NCBI GenBank assembly: GCA_963706025.1
Contig: CAVPLM010000020.1
Location: 32,001-96,000 of the forward strand
Origin: an uncultured Actinomycetes bacterium
GTDB lineage: Bacteria; Actinomycetota; Thermoleophilia; RBG-16-64-13
Reading direction: 5' to 3'
Length of the DNA stretch: 64,000 bases
Shown: piece after piece, positions 40,681 through 51,492 of the stretch
How positions within the stretch are numbered: position 1 is the first letter of the stretch
How the letters are laid out: every line of letters begins with the position of its first letter
Notes under the pieces: model-generated
Seen by the model: only the letters and a program-made list of their open reading frames with translations
Database searches by the model: none
What the model was told of the DNA's origin: nothing
Made by a program: the position numbers and the translations under genes

Positions 40681-40712
40681 ATAATATTATTACGATATCA
40701 TTTAGAAATCAA
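40681..40712 (-). promoter_or_regulatory. SPFH operon promoter overlapped by a candidate RHH operator
   Basis: Minus strand TTGATT-N17-TAATAT; GATATCA/GAAATCA repeats 11 bp apart; AT-rich island in GC-rich DNA. Confidence 0.65.
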
Positions 40713-40784
40713 TAGGGCGCCGACGGTTCCCCCGGGTTACAATGCGGCTGCAAGGTCCCCTACCTCCCCCCGCTAGGAGAGATA

Positions 40785-41255
40785 GTGCTGAGCCCCTATC
40801 CGGTGATCGTCGATGTGGTAGTGCGCTGGGCGGACATGGACGCTCTGGGCCACGTCAACAGTACGGCCTACTTCGAGTATTTCGAGACCGTACGGATCGC
40901 CTATCTGGAGCGTATCGGGGTACCGCCCCCCCGGCTGGATGTGTGGGACTACGGTTTCATCTTGGCTACAAACAGCTGCCGCTATCGGGCGCCGGTGACC
41001 TATCCGGACACTCTGTCGGTGGGAGCGCGTGTGTCCGCCCTGGGAGACGACCGCTTCCTCATGGAGTACGAGGCGCGGAGCCGGGAACTGGGGAAGACGG
41101 TGGCTGATGGCGACACCCTCGTGGTCTCGTACGACTACGTGGCCGGTCGCCGAGTCCCGCTCCGCGCCGACTACCGGAGCGCCATCCTCGCCCTGGAGGA
41201 ACGTGAACTCCCGCCCGTTCCCCGGCGCGGTGGGCGCGCACGGAGCACGGAGTAG
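40785..41255 (+). CDS. Acyl-CoA thioesterase, hotdog fold (YbgC/FadM-like)
   Basis: VRWADMDALGHVN...Y..YFE..R, Y.APV.YPD; TACAAT 40738-43 and AGGAG SD upstream. Confidence 0.92.
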   Translation: MLSPYPVIVDVVVRWADMDALGHVNSTAYFEYFETVRIAYLERIGVPPPRLDVWDYGFILATNSCRYRAPVTYPDTLSVGARVSALGDDRFLMEYEARSRELGKTVADGDTLVVSYDYVAGRRVPLRADYRSAILALEERELPPVPRRGGRARSTE

Positions 41256-41288
41256 GCTGCGACCGCGATCCGAGGAGTGCAAGGAACC

Positions 41289-42653
41289 GTGGAACATGGC
41301 GCCCTCTCAACCGAAACGCTGAGCGACTTCTGGAGCCTGACCGAGCCCGAGCGCGACCAGACCGTGCTGCAAGGTATCCGGGCCACGCATTCCTGGCATT
41401 ACGCGCGGAACACCGCCTATCGCAACGCGGTGGCCGCCCGGGGAGTGGGTCCCCGGGCCGAATCAGGCGATCTGCCTCGGCTGCTGCGGCCCACGTCCCA
41501 GACCTTCAAATCGTACATCGACCTGCTGGGAACGCCCTTCCCCCAGGACGAACCCCGGGGTTTTGGGGAATGGCTCGCAGACCAGCTCTCGATCGATCTT
41601 CCCCGTGAGCGTCTTCGTGGACTCCGCTCGAGCTACAGGTCTCTCGAGGCCCTCCTGCAGGCGATCGAGCACGCTTTCTCCGACTTCGACCTAGAGCTGC
41701 TCACGTCGAGTGGCACGTCGGGCAGAGCCACCATCATCGCTCGAGATCGGAGGAGCACCGACCTGAACGTGGAGAGCTTCTACCTATCCTTTCAGCGCTA
41801 CCTCGGCATGAAGGCCGACCACCGGGCGATCTTCATGATGCCGAGACGGACCCGCATCGCTATGGCTCGAATGGCGCGGTTCAGTGTCCAGCGAGTGGGG
41901 CTGACTCCCGATCGGGTGCATTTCGCCATACCTTTCCCCGCTCATCCCGACCAAGTCCGCATCCGCGCAGGACGGGCGTTCCGGCTCGGTCGGCGCGGCT
42001 TGGTGGAGAGACGGGTCTGGCACCCGGCCATCAACGCCATCCAGGCACGCTATGTCGATCCTCGTGCCATCAGAGTGGCCCTCACCCGGCTCGACCGCGC
42101 CGCCCGTGAAGGCGAGAAGGTGCTGCTCTTCGGCAGTCTCACCCAACTACACGGAGTTGCCCTGGCACTGGTGCGCGCGAGCCGCACGATCCCCCTGGCT
42201 CCGGGCAGTTTGCTCGGCACCGGTGGAGGTATGAAAGAGGCCTATGCCTTCTCCCCCCACGAGATCAGGCGGGACCTGGAGCGCGTCTTCCCTTCGGCCG
42301 ACGGCAGCGCCCTGCCTTTGCGGGACACGTACGGCATGGCCGAAGCCAATTGGGCGGCGATGCAATGCTCCGCCGGTAACTATCACGTCCCGCCTTGGGT
42401 CCACGCCGTGACTCTGGACGATGACGGTGAGCTCCGATCGGGAAGCAGAGCGACCGGGCTCCTGGCCTTTTTCGATCCTTTTGGAGGCGGTGACCTGTTC
42501 CCGGGCTTCTTCCGCACAGCGGACCGGGTCACCCTGGTCGGCGGCCGTGAGGACACGATCTGCCCCTGCGGCGACGCCGGGGCCTACCTGGAGAAGGACT
42601 CCATCCAGCGCGTAGACCTATTGGGGGAGGCGGGATGCGCAGCCCAGGTGTGA
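41289..42653 (+). CDS. LuxE-like acyl-protein synthetase
   Basis: TSSGTSG P-loop, TGGGMK, DTYGMAE, C..GNYHVPPW, L.FFDP, TAD, C-terminal GCA cysteine. Confidence 0.82.
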   Translation: MEHGALSTETLSDFWSLTEPERDQTVLQGIRATHSWHYARNTAYRNAVAARGVGPRAESGDLPRLLRPTSQTFKSYIDLLGTPFPQDEPRGFGEWLADQLSIDLPRERLRGLRSSYRSLEALLQAIEHAFSDFDLELLTSSGTSGRATIIARDRRSTDLNVESFYLSFQRYLGMKADHRAIFMMPRRTRIAMARMARFSVQRVGLTPDRVHFAIPFPAHPDQVRIRAGRAFRLGRRGLVERRVWHPAINAIQARYVDPRAIRVALTRLDRAAREGEKVLLFGSLTQLHGVALALVRASRTIPLAPGSLLGTGGGMKEAYAFSPHEIRRDLERVFPSADGSALPLRDTYGMAEANWAAMQCSAGNYHVPPWVHAVTLDDDGELRSGSRATGLLAFFDPFGGGDLFPGFFRTADRVTLVGGREDTICPCGDAGAYLEKDSIQRVDLLGEAGCAAQV

Positions 42654-44506
42654 TCGAGGGGTTCTGGCTCCCCAAAGCGATACGCCGCTCAGTCCTCGAC
42701 GGGCGAAGGTCCTGGGACGAGTCGTGTTTCGCGGGCGGACGGGAGTGTGGTCGCGAGTGCGACGCGGACACGCCGGGAGCCGTCACTGCCCGTTGGCCAC
42801 GCCTCACCGAGGAAGACTGGACGGTCTTACTCGATGGACTGGCCGCCGCTCGCGGGCGGGCCCCGCGCGGACCGGAGTTCTGGGGCCGTCTGAGAACGGC
42901 CCTGGCCGGCATCGCCCAGGGGCTTGCCGATCCGAAGAGTCCCGCCCGCCAAGGGATCGAGGCGATCCCTGCCTACACCGGCTACTCGCCGGCCATGATC
43001 GCCTCCGTGATGGCAGCCCCGGAGATATGGGACCTGGAGCAGATGGCTACAGCACTGGCCCTCGAGCCCACCAGAGCGGCGACGGCCCACTGGCAGCCCT
43101 TGCCCGGATTGCCCGGACGTCTGCGTTTCTTCCCTTCCCGCGCAGCAAAGATCGCCGGCGTGTCGGGCCGACTGCCCGTGTACTCCGGCCTGCCGCTTTT
43201 CGGCGCCCCGGAAACGCCTGGGTTCGTCACCGGATACGGAGCCGGAAACGTACCCGGGACCGCCCTCATCATCGTCCTTCTCGCCCTCTCGACCACCCTC
43301 TGCGGTGGTGCGCCACCGGTGGTGCTGGTGCGCAACTCGCGGCGCGAGCCCATATTCAGTCCCCTCATCCTCCAGGCGCTGGAAGAGGCCGACGAGGAGC
43401 TCGTCTCCACCGTCGCCGTCCTGGTGTGGGACTACGATGACGCGGCCCTCCAGAGCCGGCTTCTCAGCAGATCCGACCTCGTGATCGCGGCTGCCGGAGA
43501 CGACACCATCGCCCGCATCGCGGGCCAGATCCCGCGGGCAGGCGATTCATCGGACCGGCCCCGCGTCCGTTTCCATCCCCACGGCCACAAAGTCAGCTTC
43601 TCGGCCATCGGCCGCGAGATGTTCGAGCTCGGTCACCAGAGCGCTCTGTCTTCGCGGGATAGTGGTCTCGTCGCCGCCGTCGCTCTCTTAGCCGGCCTCG
43701 ACTCGGTCTTCTGGGATCAGAACGGCTGTCTCTCTTCCCGCATCCACTTCGTGGAAAGGAGCACGCAGCGGGATACCGCCCCGCTCGAGTACGGCGAGCT
43801 TCTTACCGGTCAGCTTCGCCGGCTCTCCGAGGTGCTTCCCCGTGGCGCCTGGCCGCTCCGTCAGTTGCGCGACAGCTTCGACCGATACAAGGCCCTGGAG
43901 AGCTTGGGCGGCTCGAGCACCGGCCTGCGGGTCTTGTCGGACTACGACGATCCGTTCGTGGTGATACTGGACGAGAGGCTACCCGGCAGGCCCAGTCCGA
44001 ACCCCGGAGTTTTCGGCGCCCTTGTCAACGACTGTCAGGGCCGGGTCGTGATCGTCCGTCCGGTGGACGATCTGATGGAACTGCCCCGCGATTATCTCAG
44101 CCTGCTTCCCACCCGCTCTCTACAGTCCTTGAGCGTCGCCGTGGGCAGGCCCGGAGAGGGCCTGAGCCGACGCTTCCTCGATTTCGCCGGCGCCTGTGGA
44201 GCTCGCGGAGTGACGGCGATCCGGGTGGTGGGTCGAGGGGCCTTCCCGCAACTCGCCTACTCCTGGGACGGCCTGCTCCCCCTGGACCTGGTCTGTCGCC
44301 GGCCGGCCGGGCACTTCACGACCATCGAGTTCGATAAGCCTTTCGACGCGATGATGGAGACCTACCGGGCCTTCGTCGAGCGGATGGCAGACTCGGCCAG
44401 GCCGGCCGGCGACCCGGCGGTCGGCAGCCGGGTCGTCGCGGCCACCGGCAGGCGCGACACCTCTCATCCGGGGTCTGCGCAGGCACAGACCCCCAGCGGT
44501 CAGTAA
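42635..44506 (+). CDS. LuxC-like acyl-CoA/acyl-protein reductase (alternative start GTG 42650)
   Basis: AGNVP, VIAAAGDDTI, HGHKVSF, DQNGCLSS with catalytic Cys, SWDG..PL. Confidence 0.82.
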   Translation: MRSPGVIEGFWLPKAIRRSVLDGRRSWDESCFAGGRECGRECDADTPGAVTARWPRLTEEDWTVLLDGLAAARGRAPRGPEFWGRLRTALAGIAQGLADPKSPARQGIEAIPAYTGYSPAMIASVMAAPEIWDLEQMATALALEPTRAATAHWQPLPGLPGRLRFFPSRAAKIAGVSGRLPVYSGLPLFGAPETPGFVTGYGAGNVPGTALIIVLLALSTTLCGGAPPVVLVRNSRREPIFSPLILQALEEADEELVSTVAVLVWDYDDAALQSRLLSRSDLVIAAAGDDTIARIAGQIPRAGDSSDRPRVRFHPHGHKVSFSAIGREMFELGHQSALSSRDSGLVAAVALLAGLDSVFWDQNGCLSSRIHFVERSTQRDTAPLEYGELLTGQLRRLSEVLPRGAWPLRQLRDSFDRYKALESLGGSSTGLRVLSDYDDPFVVILDERLPGRPSPNPGVFGALVNDCQGRVVIVRPVDDLMELPRDYLSLLPTRSLQSLSVAVGRPGEGLSRRFLDFAGACGARGVTAIRVVGRGAFPQLAYSWDGLLPLDLVCRRPAGHFTTIEFDKPFDAMMETYRAFVERMADSARPAGDPAVGSRVVAATGRRDTSHPGSAQAQTPSGQ

Positions 44507-46791
44507 CCCGCGTCTTCCAGGTACCCTGACAGTCGCTGCGCTGCCTCGCGGTCGGGCTCGAGCTCCAAAGCCTTGTCGATGGCCACTCTGGCTTCTTCGT
44601 AGCGCCCCAGGTAGTAGAGGCAGTCCCCCAGCCACTCCTGGTAGCCGGCGTTGTTCGGCACGAGGGCCACAGCGCGCTGCAGGTGAGGCAAAGCGGCCTC
44701 GTAGTCTTCCTGTTCGTCCCAGATGGCACCCAGGGCCCAATGCGTGTAGTCGTCGTTCTCATCAAGAGCCAGCGCCTTTTTGAGATTGGCGATCGCTCCG
44801 GGAGAGTCTCCCTTGTGCCACAGCGTCAACCCGATGTCCTGGTACGCCGAGGCCTCGTATCCCTGGCCCAACTCGAGCTCGGTCTCGTAATATGAGAGGG
44901 CTTCGTCGTACTGTCCGGTCTGCCATAGAGCCTCCCCCAGGAGACTCAGGAAACTGGCCCAGTTCGGTCTGTATGTGACTGCGAGGTCGTAGTAGGGGAT
45001 GGCGGCCTCCCAATCTCCGTGCACGGCGTTTATCCAGCCGGCCGACTCCAACACCCAGGGATCCTGCGGGCTGAGGTCGAGAGCGGTCTGCATCTCGGTC
45101 AGGGCTTCTTCCTGCCGGTCGGAGGCTGCCAGCACCCGGCCCAGGAACGCGTGGGCCAAGCCACTCTCCGGATCCAGCTCTATGGCCTTGCGGCAGACCT
45201 CCTCCGCGGAAGCGAAATCTCCGGTCTTGCGACTATAGGCCGCGCTCAGCTGGGCCAGGCCCAAGAAGGCCCAAGCCTCGGCGTTCGCCGGGTTTCTCTG
45301 CACGGCCAACTCGAGCTGCTGCTCGGTCATCTCGGTGGAGTAGTCTGCGTGGAGGTAGTAGGCGATTCCCAGCCGAGTACGGCCCAGGTCGCTGTCGGGA
45401 CTCATCCGCAGAGCCTCCTCATACTTGGCAAAGCCCTCCTCGAGCTTGCCGCTCTCGACCAGGACGTCCCCGTCCTTGATCAGTTGGGTCACCTGCACTG
45501 AAAGCGTGGTGGTCGTCGAGCCGCCTCCGGAACCGGTGGTGGATACCGAGCCACCGGACGTCGAGACTACCGTCCCGTCGGTCGTGGTGACCGTCGACTC
45601 GGTCGTCTGCCCGTCCGAGCGCGTGGCCAGCACCGCGACCACTGCCACGATCGCCACCACCGCCACTGCGGCAGCAACGATCATCCACCGCCGTGACCTG
45701 CTCTTCCCCGAGCGAGTCCCGAGGCCGAGCGGCTCCAGCGTCGGCTGCGCCCCGGCGTCCGTCGCGGTCGCCACCCGCTCTACCTTGGTGGGAGCGGAGC
45801 CCAGCGGTTCCGCGAAGCCCGGCCGTGCGCCTTCCACGGGCCGGCCGACAGGACCCTCGACCAGCGTGGCGGCAAGCAAAGGGGCGCCAACAGGAACCTC
45901 GTAGACCGTCACCGGGGGAGGAGCAAGAGCGGTCTGCAGCGCGATGGCAAGATCGCCGGCCCTCTGGTAGCGCCGCTCCGGCTCTTTCGCCAGCGCCCGC
46001 TCCAGCACTGCCTGTATCTCCGCGGGCAAGCGGGGATTGAGTGAGCAGGCGGGAGGGACCGGAGCCGAGAGATGTTGAGCAAGGATGGACGCGGTGGTGT
46101 CGGCGTCGTAAGGGACACGGCCGGCCAAGGCCTCGAACAGGACCACCCCGAGAGAGTAGATGTCGCTGCGGTGGTCTACCGCAAACCCCTGCACCTGTTC
46201 GGGGGACATGTAGTGGGCCGAGCCCATGACCACCCCGGAGACGGTGTAGGAGGTAACGCCCATGATCTTGGCGATGCCGTAGTCGGTGAGGATGGGCTCT
46301 CCGTCCGAGGTGAGCAGGATGTTGGCCGGTTTGACGTCGCGATGCACCATGCCATGGGCGGTAGCGTAGTCGATGGCCGAGCACAGAGGCGGGAACAAGC
46401 GCAGGATCTCGCCGGTAGAGAGACCACTCCGGGGCTCGGCAGAGGGGAGCGGAGCTTTCGCGCTGCTCGCGGCCGCCCCGGCTGCCATGAGGGCGGCCAG
46501 GGTGGGCCCATCGATGAACTCCATGACCATGTAGTAGGACTCGCCCTCATTGCCGAAGTCGAACACCTTGACGATGTTGGGATGCCTGAGGGCGGCCACC
46601 GCCTGGGCCTCATGCCGAAAGCGGCTGACGAAGGTGGGGTCGGCGGCCAGGTGGCTGTGCATGACCTTGATGGCGACCACTCGATCGAGGACCGGGTCGA
46701 GCCCCCGATATACGGTGGCCATTCCGCCCCGCCCCACCAACGCGGCCGCCTGGTATCTACCCAGAGTCCTGCCTACGAGATCTTCCGTCAC
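44500..46791 (-). CDS. Membrane Ser/Thr protein kinase with C-terminal TPR array
   Basis: GRGGMA.VY, VAIK, HRDVKPAN, DYG (for DFG), YMSPEQ, DIYSLG; TM helix, Thr-rich linker, multiple TPRs. Confidence 0.93.
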   Translation of the reverse strand: MTEDLVGRTLGRYQAAALVGRGGMATVYRGLDPVLDRVVAIKVMHSHLAADPTFVSRFRHEAQAVAALRHPNIVKVFDFGNEGESYYMVMEFIDGPTLAALMAAGAAASSAKAPLPSAEPRSGLSTGEILRLFPPLCSAIDYATAHGMVHRDVKPANILLTSDGEPILTDYGIAKIMGVTSYTVSGVVMGSAHYMSPEQVQGFAVDHRSDIYSLGVVLFEALAGRVPYDADTTASILAQHLSAPVPPACSLNPRLPAEIQAVLERALAKEPERRYQRAGDLAIALQTALAPPPVTVYEVPVGAPLLAATLVEGPVGRPVEGARPGFAEPLGSAPTKVERVATATDAGAQPTLEPLGLGTRSGKSRSRRWMIVAAAVAVVAIVAVVAVLATRSDGQTTESTVTTTDGTVVSTSGGSVSTTGSGGGSTTTTLSVQVTQLIKDGDVLVESGKLEEGFAKYEEALRMSPDSDLGRTRLGIAYYLHADYSTEMTEQQLELAVQRNPANAEAWAFLGLAQLSAAYSRKTGDFASAEEVCRKAIELDPESGLAHAFLGRVLAASDRQEEALTEMQTALDLSPQDPWVLESAGWINAVHGDWEAAIPYYDLAVTYRPNWASFLSLLGEALWQTGQYDEALSYYETELELGQGYEASAYQDIGLTLWHKGDSPGAIANLKKALALDENDDYTHWALGAIWDEQEDYEAALPHLQRAVALVPNNAGYQEWLGDCLYYLGRYEEARVAIDKALELEPDREAAQRLSGYLEDAGY

Positions 46792-49602
46792 AAGGTGTCC
46801 TTGCGCTTCTGCAGCGCGATGATGATGGCGAGCAAGATCATGGCCAGAGCCAAAGACATGCCCCAGTAGAGCGTCAGATTCACGTGGAAGATGTCACCGT
46901 ACTGGTCCTGAAGCGAGTTGATCAAAGCCTGCTTCTCTCCCGGGCTCGAGAGACTCTCGATGCCGGGTAGATAGACGTCGGAGAGGTCGGCGGCCTGAGC
47001 CGGACCGCTCTCGATCTCGGCCGAAGTCACCAGCGCGCCTAGTTCCCAGCGGGTGGAAGTGAGCCATCCCATCACCTGCCCGGCCACCCCGAGATCCGAC
47101 ACCGGGATCATCCCCCCCGAGAACACGAACTGGGGCACCAGCACCAGGATCACGAGAAGCATGGCCCGGTCCTCGCTGGGCGCCACCGCCGACACCAGGA
47201 GACCCCACATCACCCCGGCGAACGTGCCCAGTACCAGGGGCACGAATAGCTGCATGGTCGCCGCCGCGCTCAGGTGGGAGAAGTCGACTGCGGCCAGCTT
47301 GAACACGAAGAGCATGAGGGCGCTGTAGACCGCGAACAGAAAGCCTATCGCCACTTTCGACCCGACATAGGGCATGACTCGCAGCCCCACCATACGCTCG
47401 CGGCGGTAGACGGCGTCCTCCTTCACTATCTCCCGCACCGAGGTGATCGTCCCCACCAACACCGTGATGATGGCGGTCATGAACAGCATGGTCACCGCCT
47501 GGGTCGCGCTGCCGCTCTGGAGGTCGAACACGTCCCGCTTCCAGATGACGAAATCGAGCACTCCCAGGAAAGGAGCGATGGCGAAGAGCAGGGCTGCAGT
47601 CTTCTTGTCGCGCCAGATGGTGTCGATGTAGCGCTTGGAGAGGACCACGAACTGTTTCCAGTTCGAGACCCGGCGGGGCGGGCCGGCGGCGCCCGGCAAC
47701 GACTGACCGGGCGCCCGCGCGACGGGCGGGGCGGCGGCAGCCGTCCCACCTGCCGCCACGGGGACACCCTGCGCTGCAGCGACCGGGTCCATCTCCGCGA
47801 GACGCTTCTCGACGTTCTCGCGATACCCCGGCGAGGCACGGAAGCGGCCTTCCCACTCTCTGGACTCGCCCTGCTCGAGCCGGGTGTAGATCTCGTCGAA
47901 ATCATCCACACCGAAGTAGCGAAGCGCGTCTTCCGGCGGACCGTAGTAGGCGAGGTGGCCTCCCCGAGCCATGAAGACGACCTTGTCGCAGGTCATGACG
48001 TTCTTCGTGGCATGCGTCACGAGAGCGACGGTGCGACCCTGGTCGGCCAACCGGCGGAGTAGCTTCATCATCTGCGACTCGGTGCCTGGGTCGAGACCAG
48101 ACGTGGCCTCGTCCAGGAAGAACAGGCTGGGCTTGGTGAGCAGCTCCACCCCCATGGACACCCGCTTGCGCTGGCCGCCGCTCAGTTGACGCACCGCCCT
48201 GTCCGCGCACATGCGCAGGTCGAGGTCCTCGAGCACCTCCTGTACCCGTTGCCGGCGCTCGTGGACCGAGGTGTCGGCCGGCATCCGCAACTGGGCGGCA
48301 TAGTCGAGGGCCCGCAGGACCGGCAGCTCCCTGTGGATGATGTCGTCCTGCGGCACGTAGCCCAGATCGTTGCGGTACGCGCTGAAATTGCGATAGAGGT
48401 CGGTCCCGTTGAGCAGCACCGTCCCCATGTTCGCCGGACGGAAGCCGCAGAGGGCGTTCAACAAGGTGGACTTGCCCGACCCACTGGCTCCCACAACGGC
48501 CACGAACTCCTGCGGGTAGATCGAGAGCGACACGTCCTGCAAGATGCGCAATCCTTTGCCCACCACCCGGCTGAGGTGGAAAGCATCGATCCGAAGGTTG
48601 CCCTCCTCATTGACCACCCGCAGCCGTCCTTGCTCCAGCACCATGCGGCTGGAGCCGATGCGCACCACGTCCCCCTCGCCCAGCAGGTGCTCCTTGACCA
48701 TCTGGCCGTTGAGATAGGTCCCCGCGCCGCTGCCCAGGTCTTCGAGGAAGAGATCGGAACCGCGCCGCACGATCTGGGCGTGCGCCCGCGATACCTGGGG
48801 ATGGAAGATGGTGACGTCGGCGTTCTCGCTCCGGCCGAGGACGAGGGCCCCCTTGGAGGGCAGATCGAACGTGGCCGCGCGCTGCTCGGCCGGCCCCCCG
48901 GGGCGCGGCGGCGGCGCGCGCGGCATCCGGATCGCGGAATTCCAAGGCCACCGATCGCCCGATGTAGACCACGTCACCGTCGGTCAGAGGCATGTTCTGG
49001 ACCGGCTTGCCCTGGAAGCGCAGACCGTTGGTGCTGCCCAGGTCGGTTATGTCCCAGCCCGAATCGCGCCTGTCCAGGCGGGCATGGTGCCGCGAGACGG
49101 CGTCGGAATCCACCGTTATGTCGCTCCCCGGATCTCGCCCCAGGGTCATCGACCCGGCGGTCAGGGAGTACTCGCCTACCCCTTGGGGAGTGGTGACGAC
49201 CAGCCGGGGCGGGGTAGGGGGAGCCATTATGCACGTCTGACCCGGCTTTCCGACCGGCTCCGCCAGAACACCCGGCGGGGCGACGGCAACGACGGTCGGC
49301 GCCACCGATTCCCGGTGGTAGCGGATGGAGAAAGGCCCTATCTGGATGAGAGAACCGTCGACCAGTCGCTGCTCGACCTTGACCTCGAGCTCCGCCCCGT
49401 CCACACGCGTACCATTCCCGCTGCCCAGATCGATGATGCTGCTCCCTTGAGCATCTGAGAGGATACGGGCGTGAAAACGGGAAACAGTGGCATGATCCAG
49501 GCAGACGTCGTTCTCAGGCGCGCGCCCCAAGCTGGTGACGGCCTGAGTGAGCTGACGCTCCTCGACACCGTCCTGACCTTCGAAAGAGAGCCGACCGAAC
49601 AC
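46788..49602 (-). CDS. FHA-domain ABC transporter (Rv1747-like) with three FHA domains; frameshift at ~48890-48930
   Basis: Three GR...VSR.HA...DLGS..G FHA motifs, GASGSGKS, LSGGQ, DEATSGLD, ABC-2 permease domain. Confidence 0.88.
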
Positions 49603-49756
49603 GAGCCCACCCCCGCTTTTGGTTGGCTCTATTCTTAACTCCACTCGGCACTTTTGCAAACTGTCTAAACTGCGGAACATGCGTTGCGCGGTGAGGGACC
49701 GGTGCTAAGATGAACGGTACCGATGACGCCGCGCGAGTCAAGTCAAGCGAGGGCTG

Positions 49757-50535
49757 ATGAACGAATCTTCCACAACATCCGACCGGCCGCTCTACCTCTA
49801 CGTCGCTTTTCTGGGGAACCTCATCGCTGCCGCCGGGATGGCCTTCCTCCTGCTGGGGATACTCGGAGCTCTCGGCCTCATCAGCGCGGTCACCGACAGC
49901 TTGGGCGGTTTCGGCAGTAGCTTCGCCTCGGCCACCACCGGATCGGCCGCGGCTTACTCGTTCGCCTTCCTTGCCAGTCTCTTGTCGCTCTCCGCTTCCT
50001 GGAAGATGCTCCGCGAGGGACCGCGGCTGTGGCTACTTGTGCTCGTGGTCGTGTTCCAGCTGGCGGCCGCGGCCGTTTTTCACAGCTGGGTCTCGGTGAT
50101 CGCGCTCATACCCACGGTGGCCGCGCTCTACGGGCTGGTGCTCGTCCTCAGATCGGCGCCTGTCCTGCGGGGCCCGGCACCGACCCCGGCCATCATGCCC
50201 AGGGAAACGCCGGCCTCGGCCACAGCGGCGCCGACAGTGCAGCCGCGGCAGGCAACGAGTCTCCTTGGGTCGCGCCCGCGCCGATCATCCCGGCGCCGAT
50301 CACCCCGACCACCCCGGAGCCGGCCACCCCCGCACCGGTCACCCCCGCAGCGATCGATTCAGTGCCGGTCGCTGAGACGCTCGTGATCCCAGACGAGGGC
50401 GCAGCCCCCGCCATGGATGGTCGCGCTCCGGCTGCCGCTCGACCTGTCGCATCACGACGGTGCGCAGACTGCGGGGCTACCAACAATCAGGATGCCCGCT
50501 TCTGCTACTCGTGCGGATCGATCCTGCCTGGATAG
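49757..50535 (+). CDS. Membrane protein with Pro-rich linker and C-terminal zinc ribbon; frameshift near 50245
   Basis: Four TM helices in one frame; CADCG....ARFCYSCG in the adjacent frame. Confidence 0.7.
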
Positions 50536-50592
50536 GTCGCCTACTGCCGGGGGTTACCGGCGGTCGGTGCGCCGCCACATCGCGACTGCCGC

Positions 50593-51387
50593 TCAGTCCA
50601 CCGGCAGCCCGAAGAAGTCCCGGGGGTTCTGGTAGCAGACCTTGTCGATGGTGGCTTTGTCCAAGCCAAAGAGCTTCATAGCCAGGATCACCCGGGGGAC
50701 CATGAAGTAGTCGTTGCCTTCGCCCCCCAGCTCCGAGTTGATGATGATCTTGTCTCTTAGGTCGGGGTTGTCGATCACGTAGCGGGCCGCCGGTTCCGGG
50801 GGCATCTTATCCCAGCACACCGAGAGCCCCACCATGCCGCCGGTCTTCATGCGCCAGTCGAGGGTGGCTTCCCCGGCGTGGTCGAAGACGCATTTTGCCG
50901 GGGGGAAGCCCTCGTCCGTAAGGATTTCCAGCACCTGGGGCAGCACCGTCTCTCCTTGGGGAGCCAGGCGGATGGGGGTATGAAGGATGACGGGCAGGTC
51001 GTGGGCTTTGGCGATCCGCAGATGCTCGCGGAAGAGGTCTTTCTCGAAGTCCGTGCCGGTGTCCAGGCCTATCTCCCCCAGAGCTACGGCCCTCTCGGCC
51101 TCGAGGAAGTCGGGCAGCCGGGCCAGGCAGGTCTCGGCATCGGCGTGGTTCACGCCGAAGAAGGGCACAGAGAGGGAGGTGAAGAGCTCGAAGCCCAGGG
51201 TTTTCGCGGTGGTGGTCTCCATGCCCAGGAAGCGCTCCCACATAAGAAGCACGCTGTCTGCGTCCTTGCTGCCTAAGTACATGTGGGGGCTGGGGACGAT
51301 GGCCGCCTCCATGCCCATCATGACCAGCTTCTGCAGCTGCTTGTCCTCGACCATGTCGGTATGCAGATGGGCGTCGATGAAGCGCAT
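50593..51387 (-). CDS. TatD-related TIM-barrel metallohydrolase
   Basis: IDAHLH, ALGEIGLD, PVILHTP, FDH. Confidence 0.85.
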   Translation of the reverse strand: MRFIDAHLHTDMVEDKQLQKLVMMGMEAAIVPSPHMYLGSKDADSVLLMWERFLGMETTTAKTLGFELFTSLSVPFFGVNHADAETCLARLPDFLEAERAVALGEIGLDTGTDFEKDLFREHLRIAKAHDLPVILHTPIRLAPQGETVLPQVLEILTDEGFPPAKCVFDHAGEATLDWRMKTGGMVGLSVCWDKMPPEPAARYVIDNPDLRDKIIINSELGGEGNDYFMVPRVILAMKLFGLDKATIDKVCYQNPRDFFGLPVD

Positions 51388-51492
51388 GTGTCGGTCCTCC
51401 GTGCGCCGAAGCGCATAGTCTATGGGGGCGGGATCATGCGGCTATCCTAGCATCACCGTCGCGGTCGGAGCGAGACGGGCCGCGTCACCTAT

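Noticed and set aside
41289-44506. Bioluminescence operon
   Set aside because: No luxA/luxB, luxD or luxG nearby; only the reductase components are present
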